IMG/VR virus record: IMGVR_UViG_3300042154_000876
Span: 1-64,000 of that record
Strand: one strand, 5' to 3'
Length of the DNA stretch: 64,000 nucleotides
From: a virus
Positions 63,727 to 64,000 of the stretch are shown here, one piece after another. The translations under genes were made by a program, and so were the position numbers. The notes under the pieces were generated by a model. It ran no database searches. It saw only the letters and a program-made list of their open reading frames with translations, and was not told the origin of the DNA. Positions within the stretch are counted from its first letter, which is position 1. Every line of letters begins with the position of its first letter.

Positions 63727-64000
63727 TTGAAGGATTCTAGAGTAGGCGAGGGCCTATGGGTAGAATGGTCTGGAGAAGGGTTTGTCCCCTTCAGACCTTC
63801 TTCAATTATGTTCTACACTTTTGAGCATGTAGACGTTGAGATTGATGTTGTGAAACGCGCTCTAGCGTCTTCGCTGCAGAGAGATGGTATAGCTATATCT
63901 CTTGGTGAGGGCTACCGGCTGGCAGATGCTGGGTTGATTACTCATGGTTTTGGTGGATATATTGACGGTGAGATCTTTCTCACGGTCTGTAATGAGTTTG
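63727..64000 (+). CDS. Partial hypothetical protein running off the window
   Basis: AGGAG RBS then TTG. The frame MKDSRVGEGLWVEWSGEGF... stays open to the window end, with TAAAAT at 63699. Confidence 0.55.
   Translation, partial: MKDSRVGEGLWVEWSGEGFVPFRPSSIMFYTFEHVDVEIDVVKRALASSLQRDGIAISLGEGYRLADAGLITHGFGGYIDGEIFLTVCNEF

Noticed and set aside
1-64000. tRNA, rRNA, integrase or transposase genes
   Set aside because: None was recognised by eye and intergenic gaps are short. A tRNAscan/Infernal run would be needed to exclude small RNAs fully.

Overview
The window is a 64-kb stretch of a large tailed dsDNA phage, most likely a siphovirus of Actinobacteria. Portal, two-protein capsid, major tail protein and adaptor resemble the actinobacteriophage 'cluster-B-like' structural lineage as I recall it; no search was run. 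Layout: (1) 1-930, a G/T-skewed low-complexity repeat block and a divergent regulatory region; (2) 928-54297 (+), the virion morphogenesis arm; (3) 54343-63579 (-), a replication/recombination arm (PolA, RuvC-like, SNF2 helicase, Cas4/RecB-like nuclease, AAA ATPase, DUF669 SSB-like, glycosyltransferase-like). The striking feature is about 25 kb between the portal and the prohead protease. It encodes a Dps/ferritin multi-domain fusion, two giant proteins of 3163 aa and about 4258 aa, and a paralogous pair of small genes behind a sigmaA-like promoter. The giants carry two DEDDh exonucleases, a UvrD helicase, a DnaG primase core without its zinc finger, two HEXXH zincins, a GNAT, a ParB and a PIF1 helicase. 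They share an N-terminal module, and a recurring hexapeptide [VI]-[EDS]-E-[SMFL]-[SA]-[SAT] (13 copies) sits at their domain boundaries. A second motif, hydrophobic-[TVLA]-A-[ASG], punctuates the Dps fusion, protease and capsid precursors. My main hypothesis (inference) is a capsid-packaged, protease-processed polyprotein system that delivers a ready-made DNA-processing enzyme kit with the genome. No terminase, lysin, integrase, tRNA or CRISPR array was recognised. All family calls come from motif recognition by eye.
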